Below are positions 52,701 through 64,000 of a stretch of DNA of 64,000 nt, one piece after another. Position numbers and translations under genes: made by a program. The stretch's first letter is position 1. Every line of letters begins with the position of its first letter. The DNA comes from Lytechinus pictus. Taxonomy: Eukaryota. The notes under the pieces are model-generated. The model saw nothing but the letters and a program-made list of their open reading frames with translations. It searched no databases and was not told the DNA's origin. Location of the stretch: positions 4,156,001 through 4,220,000 of the forward strand of contig NC_087251.1 of NCBI RefSeq assembly GCF_037042905.1, read 5' to 3'.

Positions 52701-54418
52701 GGCCGGAGGAATCCTCCTTTAACTCCCTTGCAAGTTTCATAAGATGATACTCTATGAGTTACAACTCTCAAAGTGTCTACATGTAAATTAAGTAGATTAT
52801 TATTTAGTTTAGAAACATCACTTTCAAGAGCTGCATGCCGAAATTCTCGAATCAACAGCCTGAGTTGGAGTGTATATAGCCATATAGTTTTTACTTGATC
52901 TCATGAAATCATAATGAGCTCTGTTAGTTGTGGATTGATTCAGCAAACATGATAATTGTCAGTAAAACACGATGCACAGCTCTAAACTGCTAGATTTCCC
53001 TTCTGAAAATAGAGCAAGATAATCAATGCACAAAGAAATGAAGCTATCCTAGAAAATTTCAAGTTAATATTTGGTCAACTCCATCCACCACGTCCATTTC
53101 GACAACCATTTGCCAGTGCTGACAACCTACATAAAATGCTGCACAGGTAGGCGTTTCCGGGGCGTTTCATGAAATTTGTCAGAACTGACAATGTCAGTGA
53201 ATCCTTGGTTTTGATTTGATTTGATTTGATTTATAGTTTTCTTCTGCATCCATGGAACATTCGTATAATACATTTTCCATAACATAATAAACATGATATG
53301 TTAGCATTTTTGGCATGAATCATAAATAAAGTGTATTAAAAAAGAATAATAATAATTCCAGACAAAAATGATTAACTACCAAATTATTATATGATATTCA
53401 CAATTTGCAGGAGGATTGTCATCATAAGCAGATTGCTTGAAGAAAAATGACAAATTGGCTTATAAGCACTGGCCTCTGACTGTTACTATGGTAACTGCCT
53501 GAAAATGACAGCTAGGTTGTTTGGATAAAAATATTTTGTAGGATAAAACATCGAAAAAGTCCTTCCATGAAATGATAACTTGATCTATTTGCTCTCATAA
53601 AGGGATGCACCGGGCTAAAAATATTCATATCTTAATATATAGAATAATATTCATAGATCAAAATGCTGAAAATTTCATCAAAATCGGATAACAAATAACG
53701 AAGTTATTGAATTCTAAAGATTAGCAATATTTTGTAAAAACAGTTATGCACTTCGTCATGAATATTATTAGGTGGGCTGATGATGTCTCATCCCCACTTT
53801 TCTTTTTCTTATGTTATTACATGAAATCATAATTGTCTAATTTTTTCATAAATGTGTAAATGATGTGTCTCCATTATGGTGAAATAAATTGCAGCAATGA
53901 ATAACTAATGCGCTTAATCAGTTGTCAATCTAATTGTTTTAGTTCTCGGAAGAATATTTGTAAATATATCCAATTTCATATAATAAAATACAAAAGGACA
54001 AGTGGGGATATGACATCATCAGCCCACCTAATGAATATTCATGAAGACATGCCAACTAACTGTTACACCAAAATAATGCAAATCTTTAAAATTCAATAAC
54101 TTTGTTATTTGTTATCTAATTTTGATCAAATTTTCCGCACTTTGCTTTGTGAATTTTACTCTATTTATTAAGATATAAATATCTTCAGCCTGGAGTATCC
54201 CTTTAAATATATTTTCTCTCATTCTTTCAGAAGCCGAGTCAGTCTCGAGGATCAGTGAGACCTTAGATCTGAAGAGGATCACTAAGAACCCTTGGCATAT
54301 CCAGGCCATCTCAGCATTAAGTGGAGAAGGACTTCTTGAAGGAATGACCAAAATTGCCAAAATGGTCAAGAATTTCAAAAAAGAGAACATGAAGAAAGAT
54401 CATGCATCGTCTTCGTGA
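39022..54418 (+). CDS. ARF/ARL-family small GTPase, paralog 3; join(39022..39112,42682..42858,51629..51766,54231..54418), 197 aa
   Basis: In-frame TAG upstream of the ATG, GT-AG introns, 594-nt open frame: MGNVVNKF...GLDAAGKTT...IPTIGFNVE...[17 protein letters not shown]...CNKQD...ISALSGEGL...DHASSS*. Internal exons are 177 and 138 nt, as in paralogs 1 and 2. Confidence 0.93.
40272..41596. mobile_element. Tc1/mariner-like non-autonomous element in intron 1 of paralog 3, host to a nested MITE
   Basis: TA|CAGTGCGTCCCACAAAAAGG ... CCTTTTTTCTGGGACATACTG|TA. Confidence 0.65.
40527..41108. mobile_element. Kolobok-like family B MITE (nested)
   Basis: TTAA|AGGGGTGGTCCGGGCTGAAA ... TTTCAGCCCGGACCATCCCT|TTAA. 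Confidence 0.88.
43485..43517 (-). ncRNA. Degenerate hammerhead-like motif (core G8 changed to A)
   Basis: Reverse complement reads TCC-CTGAAAA-A-GGTC(tat)GACC-GAAA-ATTT-GGA. Confidence 0.45.
43669..43741. repeat. (TA)n microsatellite
   Basis: About 36 perfect TA units. Confidence 0.95.
43750..43984. mobile_element. Penelope-like element remnant: 105-bp inverted arms with a 25-nt spacer, flanked by (TA)n
   Basis: 43750..43854 is the reverse complement of 43880..43984. It contains a hammerhead motif, with TA tracts on both sides. Confidence 0.6.
43873..43918 (+). ncRNA. Minimal type I hammerhead-ribozyme-like motif (Penelope-like)
   Basis: CTGAAGA-A-GGTAG(atgt)CTACC-GAAA-ATTT-GGA. Stem I is TCC/GGA, extendable by TTCAC/GTGAA. 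Stem III is the loopless palindrome AATT. Confidence 0.65.
46476..46747. mobile_element. Small hAT-like MITE
   Basis: CAGTGTCGTA ... TACGCCACTG, with flanks GGAATCTG / AGAATTTG (decayed 8-bp TSD). Confidence 0.5.
48914..49186. mobile_element. PIF/Harbinger-like MITE
   Basis: AGGCCTGGTCCCACTG ... CAGTGGGACCGAGTCT with TGA/TAA flanks. Confidence 0.6.
49225..50522. mobile_element. Inverted copy of the 28058..28884 element, carrying a truncated Kolobok-like family A insert (about 49415..49900)
   Basis: TA|GGGGAAGGCTGGGTAAGTTG ... CAACTTACCCCGCCTTCCCC|TA. The insert ends GGGGTGGACTTGACCT|TTAA. Confidence 0.85.
53601..54202. mobile_element. Kolobok-like family B MITE in intron 3 of paralog 3
   Basis: ATAA|AGGGATGCACCGGGCT ... 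AGCCTGGAGTATCCCT|TTAA. Body is similar to 670..1269 and 40527..41108. Confidence 0.85.
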
Positions 54419-57400
54419 TTGTGACAAGAAAAAAAAACACTGTGAATTTACTGCTTTCATGTTATCAGGAATACAGTACTTACTGAAGAGGTATAACAGA
54501 TGACGGACGCTTGGAATAATTCCAGAAAATTAAGGATACACCACTTGACAATCAAAACTGAAAACATCAACTGTCATCACTTTCAGAGACGTGGAAAACA
54601 TCATCTTTAAGATTTTTTGACTGGATATTGACTGAATTAAGAATTGAGGAATGCTTTTTGAAGGTAGAACAGGCGATATTTACCTTTCAGATATTTGTAC
54701 AACATTGAATACTAGTAACATGATGAACTTGGTTCACTGTCAATCTTCGATGAGCTGTCATCACATACAAACCCAAAATAACATGGAAATTCCACATGGT
54801 GGTATATTTGATGATTTGCCAATGCATTGCTGTACAAAGAAGGCACTGGGCATAAGCTTTGCTCGACCCTGGATTCACTTCTTCTTTTCATGTTTTCCTG
54901 CTTGTAACTTTTGACGGCGACAATGACAACGACTAAAAAAAATGGAACAGTTTTTAGGCCCCCTAACAGGCCTTGCATTAATGAATTCCTGGATCCGCCT
55001 CAGATGCCACGCACGTAGACCTCTCAGATCTTTGTCATCATTGGCGAGTGTAATTAAGAGAAGGATAAGATACAGCTTCCTTTATCCTTGATTGATCTGC
55101 GAACAAGGAAGAAATTAAAGCAAGCGATTATTGATTATAATGGTCAAAATTATACTATGGACCCAGGATTGATCGAGTGGAAGGGGGGAAGGGGGGGGGG
55201 GCAAGGTCAAAGAGATATCAGAACACCCCGCTTAACCAAAACTAATGATAATACAAAAAATATATCGTCAAGAGGAGTAGTAGGGTAGTCTGAAGAGGAA
55301 GGTGTATATAGACTCAATTATATGTCCTTTTTGTGCTTACTTCAAGAGAAGCTATATTCAGTCCGGTTTGAAATACAGACCAGTCTTGGGTTCACACCTG
55401 CTAAGCAGGGGTGTAAGCACAAAAGAGATCAATTTTGGAGCTATATCGCAGCTAGTAACTCCATTAGGACAAGAAGAAGTCCAGGGACGATTGGCACCAC
55501 CCCAGATCCACTACTTCTACATTTGCTATGAAGAACCTGATATGATAATTCACAAGTATATACAGTGATTTTGTAGGGGTATAGGTGTGTCCAGAATTGT
55601 CAGTTACAGAAGAAGCACTTTAATTTGTATCAAATTGTTGATAAATGTCCATAAAAAGAAAGTTTGGCACACTATGTATATTGCTGTTTATATTCAATAT
55701 CGGGAGAGCGAATAGAAACTATAAGCACTTGACAAAAATATCAGGATACTTCCGCCATGCTGATCACATGATTAGCTAGCTCCTAAATGTAAATAGTTAT
55801 GTAGTAAACATAGAACTAAACTATACTTGAATCCTTCTTTATCACAACTCGGCTGGCCGTGTCGGTAGTAGAGAAGGAAATCAAACAATATATTATAAGG
55901 GTGTTCAATTTGTATTATTTATATCATTATTATTTAGGCCTACTTTAAACATATAGGTCTAATTATCTCACCAGAGATAATTAATCACCTACGACCTTGG
56001 CTGATTTTGATACCAATACTACTCTTTGGAACTGTTATCTTCATTTATTTACAAGTTGGAATGTTCATATAAATTTGTTTATTCCCCCCCCCCCCCCATT
56101 GTAAACGGACGGTGTAGTGTGTGCCGGGCTTACCAAATCTCACCTAAATGCAGTCCGATTATGGTATTTAATTCGCAGTATCAAAATGTCACGATTGGAT
56201 TATGGTGCCATTGAATTTTCTAGTCTTTAAATGTAAATAGGTTGTTTGGTATACCCAACCTTTTTTATTCGTAATTTGTATTTAGAACATACACACTAAG
56301 AAATAGGGGTTCAAATTTGAACACTTCATGTATACAATAGCAGCACCACAAAAGAAGCAAATGCGTATAATTATGCTCATCTGTCCCCCTTTATTAAGGG
56401 TGCAGTTAGCTAAGCACCCTATGGAGTGCAGAAATGAACCATATCATATAGGTTCAAATTTGAACCTTTTTAATGTCAAGTATTATGCACCTTTAAAGGT
56501 GAAAAGTTGCATTTCTTAATTTGCATTTTGCACCTTTTTTTCCTCTTAGGGTCCTAGATTTGAAATTGGATTCTATTTCTTCAAAGTCGTTAAAGGCACA
56601 AAAATATATTTCTTGATCTTGGGGCCCAACTTAAAAAAGAGGTTATTATTAAACGTATTTTGGACTTTCTCTAAATGCAACTCTTTCTAAACAGACACTG
56701 TTGTTTGTGAGAACGAGCTGTCTTTTATTATACTTATCATAAAGAAACTCATCTATATGAAGGTGAAATTAATGAAAATGATTGTTATCCTTTTTGTTTA
56801 TTACACTAAGGGAAATGGATGAATATTAAACATATTTAAAGTTGATAAAAACTATTTTTATGTACATTCCTAGAATCGATTGGCTTCGCATATAACGTAT
56901 AAAGATATTAATCTACTTTATGCTTTTCATGTTCACAACTGGTGTGTCGTAAAATGTGTTGAAACCAGTGTGGATAGCTACGAAATATTAATGTTGGCTA
57001 TAGTATTTGATGCCCTCAATATAACAAACTGTTCTCAACTTTTAGCCCACATTTCGGTTCTTTTACGGCAGTGGGAAGCAACTAATCATCTGTGTTGTCG
57101 TATATAGATTGACACAGATTGCATATTTTGTTATATGTTATATTTAACTATTGATTAAATGACATTGTAATACTCAATCGCCTTGATTCCATATAGTTTT
57201 ATTTACCTGCACAGTACAATAGTTTTATTTACCTGCACAGTACAATAGTTTTATTTCGATAGAAGAATGTACATACATGCATGGTTAAACAATAAGAGGT
57301 TTTCATAAGAAAGGTACTATTATAACATTAATTTGTTGCAGACCGTTTCGCATTCCAAGATATTTGGGATTCACTTGACGTAAAATTCACCTTTAAAAAA

Positions 57401-57574
57401 AATTGCAATAAAAAGGTAGGTTTAAAAATAGGGGAGGTTGCCGTGTGTGTTGGGGCGGGTGCGCATCTTTGAGAGCAAGCGGCGTACAAATGGAAAAAAA
57501 AGTTTAACGATTAAGGGGAAAAAAATATATACATAACGATATTACATTTCGCGTGTTGGACACATATGAGATAA

Positions 57575-57759
57575 AAGAGGCAAAGAGGTAATGCATTGTA
57601 CTAGTTCCAAAAGATTTTATTTCAAAGTCCAAATTTTCGACGTAAATCCCACGTCTTCTTTATTGTATCCCTGAAGAAGACGTGGGATTAACGTCGAAAA
57701 TTTGGACTTGGAAATAAACTCTGTTGGAACTAGTACAATGCATTACCTCTTTGCCTCTT
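57575..57759. mobile_element. Penelope-like element remnant: about 86-bp inverted arms, hammerhead motif, abutting (TA)n
   Basis: 57575..57660 pairs with 57674..57759 with about 4 mismatches. Confidence 0.6.
57667..57707 (+). ncRNA. Minimal type I hammerhead-ribozyme-like motif (Penelope-like)
   Basis: TCC-CTGAAGA-A-GACGT(gggatta)ACGTC-GAAA-ATTT-GGA. Same core as at 43873 with a different but paired stem II. Confidence 0.65.
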
Positions 57760-57943
57760 ATATATATATATATATATATATTGTAAAGAAACTGATAAAG
57801 AGAACCATGGGTGTCGATCGGTATTCTTGGTTGGGGGGGATGATTGACACAAATGTTCTTGTGGATGGGGATCTTTCAACATTACCCCCACTAAAATCAC
57901 AAGTTAGGACATTTGGGAGTGGTTGATATGCATGGTGTTCTTG

Positions 57944-58900
57944 CAGTGGCGTACCGTGAGTCACGGCATGGGGGGGGGGGTACCAGCAACATTTTTGAGT
58001 CACTTAGGAGCGCGCGAAGCGCGCTCAGTTGCCAGGTGTACTGACCTAATATAGGGACATTTTAAGGACAGTGCCATTAAACGGATATGTATCTCACTGC
58101 TCAAATAATGCGAGCGCGAAGCGCGATCTGAAAATTTTTGATATGCAGACCAAAAAAGGACATTATAAGCAAATTTTTGTAATCATGATACATACCTGTT
58201 TCGCTAAACAAACAATGCGAGCGCGAAGCGCGAGCTGAAATTTTTGTAAATATTTACCCCAAACAAGGACATGTTAAGGACTATATTTTAGGAATCCATT
58301 AAGAGTATACATATCTCACCATAGTCATCTAATGCGAGTGCAAAGCGCTTGCTAATTTTGCTACATCTAAACACATGAAGCACTTTTTGTAGTCAATGTA
58401 ATCATGATAATACGCATCTCACTCATCAAATATTGCGAGCGCGAAGCGCGAGCTGAAAATTTAGGATATTCAGACCCGAAGAGAGGCATTCTAAGGCATG
58501 TTTGTAAGAATTCACTAAGACCATACGATACGTATTTCACTAAACAAATGATGCGATCGAAAAATGTTGATATTCAGATCAGAAAAAGGGACATTTTAAG
58601 GACTGATTTTTAGGAATTCATGAAGAGCAGTCATATCTCACCAATCTACTAGTGCGAACGTAAGCACGGACAGGAAATGTTTTATATTAACACATTAAAA
58701 TGGGGCAATCACTTTAAGTAGTAATGAAAAAGAACCATATGTCACTACATAAAACAATAATAAGTCGAAGTGCGAGGAAATATATTTGGTGTATATTGAC
58801 TTAAAAACGTTAAACAGACAATGCGAGTACCGGGAACAATGAAGAAATCTAGGCCTGAGCAAAATAAAGTTATGAAAAAACTTATTGTAATATTCTTATG
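57944..58900. mobile_element. Partial hAT-like element with repeated GCGAGCGCGAAGCGCG motifs
   Basis: Left end CAGTGGCGTA followed by a G-run. The motif also recurs at about 11.2-11.7, 17.3-17.6, 19.4-19.6, 20.6-20.9 and 37.5 kb. Right end not found. Confidence 0.5.
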
Positions 58901-59461
58901 AGAAACTAAATTGTCATGATGTACTACCCTATCATGTGAACATAAAATTGGGTATAAAAGTAATCTACCTGTCTTCAATTTATTTCTATATATTAACAAT
59001 TGTGGACCTTACCCCTTTTGCAAGTAAACTGAAATGAATCTAATCTCTTCTGATTAAAAAAGTGACTTTTCTTTGCCACTTTCATTCACGTTTTCATTTG
59101 AATTTCAAATTGTCTTTGGTATCATCAGAGTGACTAAAAGTTTAGAGGCTTAGAGACAGAAAACAATAAAATGTATGAAAAATGGACCTAACCCCTTTTG
59201 AAAAAAAGGGATTTTCTTTGCCATTTTAGTTCACTTTTTAATTCAACTTTGGTATCATCTTATAGAGCTACTAAAAATCTATACATTAAGACATAAAAAT
59301 CAAATTGGTGAAAAATGGACCTAACCCCTTTTGCAAGTGAGCTCTTCATATATATTTATATAAGTGTGATCAATCTTGGCGATGTACGTGTACGGGTCTC
59401 CTTCATAATTTTATTTATCATTGTTATTAGAAGGCCTATATTTTGTATTTCATTGGTTTAG

Positions 59462-59497
59462 ATCCTGATGAAGGGCATTTATGCCCGAAAGCTTGAT
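59462..59497 (+). ncRNA. Minimal type I hammerhead-ribozyme-like motif
   Basis: ATC-CTGATGA-A-GGGCA(ttta)TGCCC-GAAA-GCTT-GAT. Canonical CUGAUGA/GAAA core with palindromic stem III AGCT. Confidence 0.6.
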
Positions 59498-61311
59498 GAA
59501 GACTGGTATTGACCTTTGTCCGCAAAAATCTCGCCCCTCACATTACCTTGAATAAATTATGCCTCTGTTTGAGAGAAAGGAGGGGGGGGGTATGATGTAA
59601 AACGGATGAAAATGATAAATTTTAAATGAGTTTATAGATGAAAGGAGAAGGAGAAATTAAGAATAAGTGTAAAGATAAAACGGGATGGAGAAAGAGGGAA
59701 GAGGGTGAATGGGGGGGGGGGGGGGATAGTGTATTTGGGAGAAAGAGGGAGAGACAGACAGAGGGGGCAGGGTATAGAAATTGAAATTCAGAGAGTTGTT
59801 GTCAATCAATGTTTGATGAGTCCCCCCTTCAATACATCAACAGACACCATTATCTGACGATAGCAGACTCAGGAACACCCGATGAAGATGGAAGTGCTAA
59901 AGTTATTTAGCGCCAGCTGTAGTTGAACTGAGGCAAAACGATCACTGATCTATATATGAAAACATGAGGCGTTTGTTTGTTTGGGGAGGGGTGGAGGGGC
60001 AAAAAGAAGAAGAAGAAGAAAAAAGAAAAAGAAGAATTTTTTACTTTTCAAAATGAAACTTAATTTACAATCAAACTATAACATATATACAAATAAAGAA
60101 GAAGAAATGTCGAGTACCACTTGTGATGCAAAATGGTTTTGATGTCTGTTAGATTGTAAGTCTTTTTGGAATTGTCAAATATTCACGACCCAAAGTGGAA
60201 TTCAGATAAGTTGCTAAAATGCAACCAATATTCATCTGAAAATAATCTTTCGAGAATTACTATGCATTACAACCTGAACCCACCACTCAGGAAAGGTTTC
60301 ATCCACGTTTGGTGTAGAAGAGATGCGACATTAATGCCCGGCATTAATGTTAACGTATTTACAGCTAAATACAGTATAAACGTCCTTGTGATTGGTCACA
60401 CAATAATGCATGCACGCCGGTTGCGCACGCTCTAAAACTTAAATTTCAACAATCTTCGCTTTACGACGTTGATTGTATTGCGATCGGTTCACTTAAATTG
60501 CACTTCCCGATCTGGGAAGTAATGATACTTATAGTCTAGCTATATATATCGTTTTCAATAGTCATGTTAGAAGGTTTTGTGAAGCTGGTTGAACCTAATA
60601 AATACCCGATGATAATGATCGTCTGTTGAGGAAAACAAGAGCGCGATTACTCATAGCCTGTTAACCTCAAAGTGTAACCCAACCGACCGTGATACAGGTT
60701 ATACATTGCTCGCTAGTACTCCTACTCAAAACCTTTCAAAGTGTTAAAAGTAACAGACAAATGGCCACCACTGGCTGCATCGCATAACGTGTTTTGAATT
60801 CAACCAACTATCTCTGAGATTTTTTTGTATCCAGTACACCTTTTGGATTGTCGGCTTTAATGTACGCCCGAAATACTCTTTACTGCCACATCATTATCTT
60901 AACTATTCGTTTTCGATGAGTGGTATTATCATTCTTTTACTCAGTAGAAGCTTTGAATAATCCGTTATTTCGAATCGTCTGTGAGCAGTATACTGTTCTA
61001 AGGAATACGTCAGTCGAAAATACAACCCTGACAATAATGAACCTGTTCCGTTAGGCCCTTAACTCAAAGTTGCCAACTTTTGAATCCCAGGAAAGAGAGG
61101 GGAAAGCTGCACCATTACGTTGATGTGTGGAAGGAAATAGAAGGAGAAGGGATATCACTGGCCCTTGAAAGATCAAGGAGTTTCCAGCTACACCGTTAGG
61201 GGTATCTAGAGGTAAACCCTCTATCGATATCCTAGAGGGTGTCTCGTCGCAGTCCACTCCATTCAGCAGTCCTTCTCTTCCAAATCGACAGATAAGCATT
61301 CTATCTTCATC

Positions 61312-61420
61312 ATGGGGCATGTCATGGGAAAATTATCGGATATTTTGAGTGTAGATTGTAGATTCCCGATCAACGGTGACAGAGAATCAAGGATATTAAT
61401 GCTGGGTCTAGATGCAGCCG
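61312..61420 (+). CDS. ARF/ARL-family small GTPase, paralog 4, first coding exon only (remainder not in the window)
   Basis: [37 protein letters not shown] followed by a GTAAG donor at the same phase-1 P-loop position as the other paralogs. No exon 2 was seen before 64000. Confidence 0.85.
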
Positions 61421-62024
61421 GTAAGCACTGTGACTTTAGATCATTATATTAATATGGAGATAGAACAAATATTATATATGAATACGGTTTGATAATTTGT
61501 GCTTTTTGCCCTGAAAATGTGCTAAAGACGTTAGAATTCATATTTTTCGTTTGGTTTCATGTATCACTGTAACTGTGTTACATTGTTTCCATGTTTTCAC
61601 TATTAATCAAGACACATGCAGTCTAAATACCTCTGCGAAGTTGCCTAAAGTGTATGAACAAGATGAAGGTAGCCTATTCCCAAGTTTGCAAGTTTCCTAT
61701 TGGATACTCCTCCAAAATTAACACAGAAGAGACACAGAAGTGCTTACTTGTTTTAACAAAGTTTTCAGTCAAAACAATAGTTACTTTGCTGACAGACATG
61801 TCTAATTTGCAGTCTTACTTTAACCTCAGTCCATCGATTGACACAACAACATTATTTTGCTATAGTTATTTCATGGTTTATACTATTGAAAAATATGCAA
61901 AACTGATAGATACAACCGCTATAGGGTTAACAATGTTAAAGCCACAAGGCCAATAGTCACACTTGTGTCAGCTGGGAAAAACATGTTGCTTCATTGTAAA
62001 ATATTATGTAAAATTATGTCCTTA

Positions 62025-62256
62025 CACTGCAAAAACTCCGGTGTTGATTTAACACCAGCCCGGAATCTATATCTGTCAACACCAGAGAAGTGTTAAACAA
62101 CACCAGTTTGGTTTTGGTCTAACACCAGATACAACACCAATTAGTATTAAAACAGCATCGGTTTGATTCCAAACTGGTGTTATTTCAATACTTCTCTGGT
62201 GTGGACAGATATAGATTCCGGGCTGGTGTTAAATCAACACCGGAGTTTTTGCAGTG
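62025..62256. mobile_element. Palindromic TA-flanked MITE in intron 1 of paralog 4
   Basis: TA|CACTGCAAAAACTCCGGTGTTGATTTAACACCAGCCCGGAATCTATATCTGTC ... reverse complement|TA. Confidence 0.88.
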
Positions 62257-64000
62257 TAATGTATAAAACCAACGATTCGATATCCTTTATTCCTTTCCGT
62301 CGCTCAACATAATATTCCGGTGAAGTTAACCATTTACTTATCCTTTAGAAAGTCTGTGAATCTGAAAAGAGGATTTTTTTTTTTATTAAGCCTTTTGTGA
62401 GAGGAAGTCCTTCAAGTGCTTGTCAAAAAGTGGAGGTACCTTTGTTCACTGAGTGGAAGAATGATGTTTGCTCTGTTGGTATTCATCAACATTTCTCAGG
62501 CATGTCTAAGAACAAGTTTGTACTTATATACAATACACGTGTATATCCAAATATCCAAGGATGTGCAATGATAAATGATGCTGACTCGTTCATTCGTTTG
62601 ATATATGTGCATATACAATATCATTTCAACCTTGAATTTTTCTATATATTTTTCAATCTTCGTTCTGATTTTTTTCTAATCTCGCCACTGATAGGGCTTG
62701 GTATAATGTTAGGCCTATTATGTAAATACTTAATCATAATCTTGCCTGTATAGATTTCATTCCGGCATGCAATGTGTGTAATCCTGTAATGAGATGTGTA
62801 ACGGATTTTCTCAGACCTATCTCAATAACAATCCCATAGACGAACTGTGGAAAAAGAAACATCGGGTATATATCGGGCCTATAATGTAAGAGAAAGTAGG
62901 CCTATATATTTCATTAACCAGAAACTGACCTATGTATGAAAAGAAAAGAATCAGGCACATTAGCATAGCGAAGAAATCCGTGGGTTTTGAAAATATGTCT
63001 GTGTGAATTTATGCCGGGAAATATTATCAAACTTTGAAAAAAAGTTAATGAGACTACATAGTCGGGGATGGGGTTGGGGGCTGGAAGAGATTTTATCTGT
63101 TATTGATATGACCGGTAATCTACTGAGCTGGGAAAGTTGTCAATTTTTGTTATAATCAACCGATTTTCTTAAGTTTCTTTTTATTTTCAACCTCACTTTC
63201 ATTCATCATTCAATTTGCTTTTTAGAATAGGGCCTATATACTTCGTTGATGAGGACCCGCTTGATGGACTTACTACATTGGCGGGACTTGAGGAAATAAA
63301 AGCTTATCAAAAATTCATGTCATGAATCTATGTTGATAGATGTCCTTATAGTGATGACTTTAATGACTCATTAATATGAGCTCGTGTTCAAACCTCTGGC
63401 TGTGATTATGTAATCGATTTCATTTAAAGGGAAATATTTGGGTATATTGTTTCGTCACTAGCGACTTCATACATAAAAAATAACGATCTAGGCTATAGCT
63501 ATTTTATGTAGACTAAAATATTGAATTTGATATTCGGATCCATGATTATAAACACGCCCAACCCTTGTTCTTAACTGAATTTACAATGGTCCAGCAAATA
63601 ATCAAGTCAAAGAAGACAAAAGGGACTGAATGTTTCATGAATAATGAATGGGAGAAATTTTGAAACAGCATAACACAAATTCACTCAAATGGTCTGCTAT
63701 ATGAATAATAAAATAATGATCGAGTATCTATTTCAATATCATACCTATTGATAAAATGCAAAGACAAAAATCTACTTATTACATCATTGTTTTCTACATG
63801 GAATATCAATCACATCGCCAATGTTCATGAAAGAAAACCGGAAAACAAATTAAAAAGCATAACTTCTGCCAATTTTGTTCCTGTTTTGATTTTCAAATTT
63901 CCAAGATATACGTGAAATGTGATTTTTTACATTTCCTCACTTTTCATTGACCTGTGTCATCCAACTTGAGGATAACAGAAACAATTGAAATAATATTTTG

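Noticed and set aside
52643..53150. Possible LINE or coding remnant in intron 3 of paralog 3
   Set aside because: Translations did not match any motif I can recognise. A tblastx or repeat-library search would be needed.
59853..59900. CTGACGA as another hammerhead core
   Set aside because: No paired stem II followed by GAAA.

Overview
AT-rich, intron-containing eukaryotic DNA. The repeat style suggests a marine invertebrate, possibly a sea urchin (inference only). The main content is a head-to-tail array of four + strand ARF/ARL-family small GTPase genes. Three are complete four-exon genes (15031-19144, 26743-30439, 39022-54418), and the first coding exon of a fourth lies at 61312-61420. The complete genes share the same three phase-1 introns and fixed 177/138-nt internal exons. 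Paralog 1 has an intact frame but its G3/switch II motif reads WDIGYS instead of WDVGGQ. A tRNA-Asp(GTC) gene sits between paralogs 1 and 2. The rest is densely packed with non-autonomous DNA transposons (TTAA-, TA- and 8-bp-TSD types, several nested), a Helentron/HINE-like element with internal tandem repeats, a CR1 LINE 3' fragment and microsatellites. Four minimal hammerhead-ribozyme-like motifs were found, two of them inside Penelope-like inverted repeats next to (TA)n. All calls are by eye; no searches were run.
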